From Heptranchias perlo (lineage: Eukaryota): a stretch of 64,000 bases of DNA. Under the pieces are notes generated by a model. That model ran no database searches. It was not told where the DNA came from and saw nothing but the letters and a program-made list of their open reading frames with translations. The translations under genes and the position numbers were made by a program. Location of the stretch: contig NC_090338.1 in the NCBI RefSeq assembly GCF_035084215.1, positions 15,438,001-15,502,000 on the forward strand, given 5' to 3'. Shown piece by piece: positions 61,286-64,000 of this stretch. The first letter of the stretch is position 1. Every line of letters begins with the position of its first letter.

Positions 61286-62514
61286 GGACAGGCCCTGCGA
61301 ATACACAGGGTCTGCTCAGACGAGGAGGAACGCGATGGACACCTACAGACGCTGAAAGACGCCCTAGTAAGAACGGGATATGACGCTCGACTCATCGATC
61401 GACAGTTCCGACGGGCCACAGCAAAAAATCGCATAGACCTCCTCAGGAGACTAACACGGGACGCAACCAACAGAGTACCCTTTGTCGTCCAGTACTTCCC
61501 CGGAGCGGAGAAACTACGCCATGTTCTCCGCAGCCTTCAACATGTCATCAATGAGGACAAACACCTCGCTATGGCCATCCCCACACCTCCACTACTCGCC
61601 TTTAAACAGCCACCCAACCTCAAACAGACCATCGTTCGCAGCAAACTACCTAGCTTTCAAGAGAACAGCGTCCACGACGCCACACAACCCTGCCACGGTA
61701 ACCTCTGCAAGACATGCCAGATCATCGACACAGATACCACCATCACACGAGATGACACCACCCACCAGGTGCATGGTTCATACTCCTGTGACTCAGCCAA
61801 CGTTGTCTACCTCATACGTTGCAGGAAAGGATGCCCCAGAGCATGGTACATTGGCGAGACCATGCAGACGCTGCGACAACGGATGAACGGACACCGCGCA
61901 ACAATCGCCAAACAGGAGGGTTCCCTCCCAGTCGGGGAACACTTCAGCAGTCATGGACATTCATCCACCGACCTTCGGGTAAGCGTACTCCAAGGCGGCC
62001 TTCGAGACACACGACAACGCAAAATCGTCGAGCAGAAATTGATAGCCAAGTTCCGCACCCATGAGGACGGCCTCAACCGGGATCTTGGGTTCATGTCACG
62101 CTACACGTTACCCCACCAGCGAACAAATGTTATCTGTTTTTAATATAATGGGTCATTTGCTGGCTCTCTCTGCCTTCCGGATGTTTCTGCCTCTCTCTTT
62201 TTTTTTTCTCTGTTTTTTTTCCCTGTTTGTTTTTTTATTGAATGTGTATTCGGAGGTTCTGCAGGTAACACCTCTCTGTCTGAACACGGTGATTGCCTTG
62301 GCAACGGGCAGTTGCAGGGGCAGTCTGTAAACACCATGTATTATTGTTCAATATGTATAAATGCGTAGGCTTCAAGGAGATCTTGAAACATTTGCCTGAG
62401 GAAGGAGAAAATCTCCGAAAGCTTGTGAATTTAAAATAAAATTGCTGGACTATAACTTGGTGTTGTAAAATTGTTTACAATTGTCAACCCCAGTCCATCA
62501 CCGGCATCTCCACA
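61286..62514 (+). mobile_element. Young 5'-truncated Penelope-like element (open GIY-YIG frame, hammerhead motif, TSD)
   Basis: Uninterrupted CpG-rich frame to 62143 with VVYLIRC...WYIGETMQTLRQRMNGH. TSD TCAATATATAT at 61275-61285 and 62515-62525. Confidence 0.9.
62390..62430 (+). ncRNA. Minimal hammerhead ribozyme motif of a Penelope element (second copy at 22292-22332)
   Basis: CTGAGGA-A-GGAG-aaaat-CTCC-GAAA-GCTT with palindrome AAGCTT, and stem I ATTTGC/GTGAAT. Confidence 0.65.
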
Positions 62515-62699
62515 TCAATATATATAGTGGCTGAAAGCCGCCAGAACTAAAACTGAGGCATTTGCAAAAGACTTCTACACCATAATTTTAATTTACACAA
62601 AGTCAGATAAAACTGATCAGAAAACTTATGAATTTTATGTAACTGAGTGTATGAATTAACAGCAATTAACATTTTCTTATTCACTGCTGCACAATTTGT

Positions 62700-62982
62700 T
62701 GATCATGTCCATACTTTCAATGGCATTATCATCACCGAATCCCCCACCATCAAAATCCTGCTCAGTGCCCGTTTTATGGGCGCTAAATGACCTCCTAAGT
62801 TTCCAATATGGCGACAAGCAATTTCCTGGGATTGGCCTCCAATGACCACAACTATCTTCCTTTGTGCCAGGTATGACTCCAGCCACTGAAAAGTATTCCC
62901 CCTCCTCCGCATTGACTTCAGTTTTACTAGGGCTCCTTGGTGCCATACTCAGTTAAATGCTGCCTTGATGTCAAGGGCAGTA
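62700..62982 (-). mobile_element. Rearranged fragments of the LINE family at 85-1960
   Basis: FQWLESYLAQRKIVVVIGGQS matches 1100-1250. Confidence 0.65.
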
Positions 62983-63349
62983 TATAAATACAAGTTCTTT
63001 CTTTCTAATGTGTGTGGGCACACACACGTACAGGTGTGTGTGTATGCGTGTGGACCTGGGTTGGAATGAAGTTGAAGAGACACCATTCCTTCCACAAGTT
63101 TTCTGTCTTTCTGTTTGTTCTCTCAGCAGTACTTCTTGTTCCTCTACATCTCAGGCAAAATCTTCACAAGTAAATGACTACCTCCAAGATTGGCCTCTTC
63201 CTGATGGATACAAAGATAATTGCTCACTATAATCTTCAATACCATCCATCCTTTTTAGAGAGCCACTAAAGATTACGTCACAGAGCATTTGGCCCGTCAT
63301 GTCTGTGCCAGCACTTTGCTAGAATGTTCTGCCTCAACCATACCTATAG

Positions 63350-63790
63350 CATTTATATAGCACCTCTCACGACCTCAGGACATCGCAAAGCATTTTACAG
63401 CCAATAAAGTACTTTTGAAATGAAGTCAATGTTGAAATGTTCGCAGTAGCCAATTTGCGCAAAACAAGGTCCCACAAACAGTAATTAAATAAATGATCAG
63501 ATCATCTGTTTTAGGCATTGTAAGAAGGGTAAATGTTGACCAGGACACCAGGAGAACATCCCTGCTCTTCTTTGAATAGTGCCCTGGGATCTTTAATGTT
63601 TGCCTGAAAGGAAGACAGGGCATCCAAATGTCTCATCTTAAAGATGGCACCTCAGACAGTATAGCTTTCCATCAATACTGCATTGAAGTATCAGCCTAGA
63701 TTATGGGCTCAAATCTCTGGAGTGGGACTTTGACAATTTTCTGACTCAGAGCGAGAGTGTTACCACTGAGCCATGGCTGATACCTTATAT
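63350..63790 (-). mobile_element. DeuSINE-like SINE, near full length with tRNA-like head
   Basis: The minus strand begins with GGCTCAGTGGTAACACTC (A-box-like). The body is shared with the other SINE copies. Confidence 0.65.
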
Positions 63791-64000
63791 TTAGAGCCTT
63801 ATGTCTAAAAGTTACGTGAAACTAAGAATTTTTGTATTTGGAATTACAAATAAAACGCATAATACCAACACTGCAATACAAGCTAAAATATATTTTTACA
63901 GATCATCAAAATGTCGGACAATAATGAAATCCTCACGGGATTGTTTAACTGGTTCTGACTTAGGTCATGTGAGTAACCCAAAGCAGTAGATGGTTATCTT

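Overview
Repeat-dense vertebrate genomic DNA. The CR1, L2, DeuSINE-like, Penelope, Tx1 and Harbinger mix is typical of a cartilaginous fish; this is an inference and the species cannot be read from the sequence. The six-frame ORF track is mostly transposon debris. Reading splice sites by hand on the minus strand shows one host gene spanning about 11.1-61.3 kb with 15 coding exons. It encodes a type I immunoglobulin-superfamily receptor: signal peptide, eight Ig domains arranged as a tandem duplication of a V-C2-V-C2 unit (the CD4/LAG-3 layout, with W-x-C in the fourth domain of each unit), an uncharged transmembrane (TM) helix, and a five-exon tail with three ITIM-like motifs (SEYATV, IHYASV, VIYAQI) plus a YxN motif. 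The first V-like domain of both units lacks both canonical cysteines. This copy has two lesions: a frameshifting deletion in domain 1, and a young 207-bp Penelope-derived hairpin carrying a hammerhead motif, inserted into the TM exon with a 13-bp target-site duplication (TSD). Both lesions could be bypassed in frame by splicing, so it is either a recent pseudogene or a splice-rescued variant. The introns and flanks hold several Harbinger transposons and derivatives, Penelope elements with hammerhead motifs, CR1/L2/Tx1 LINEs, SINEs, MITEs and a solo LTR.
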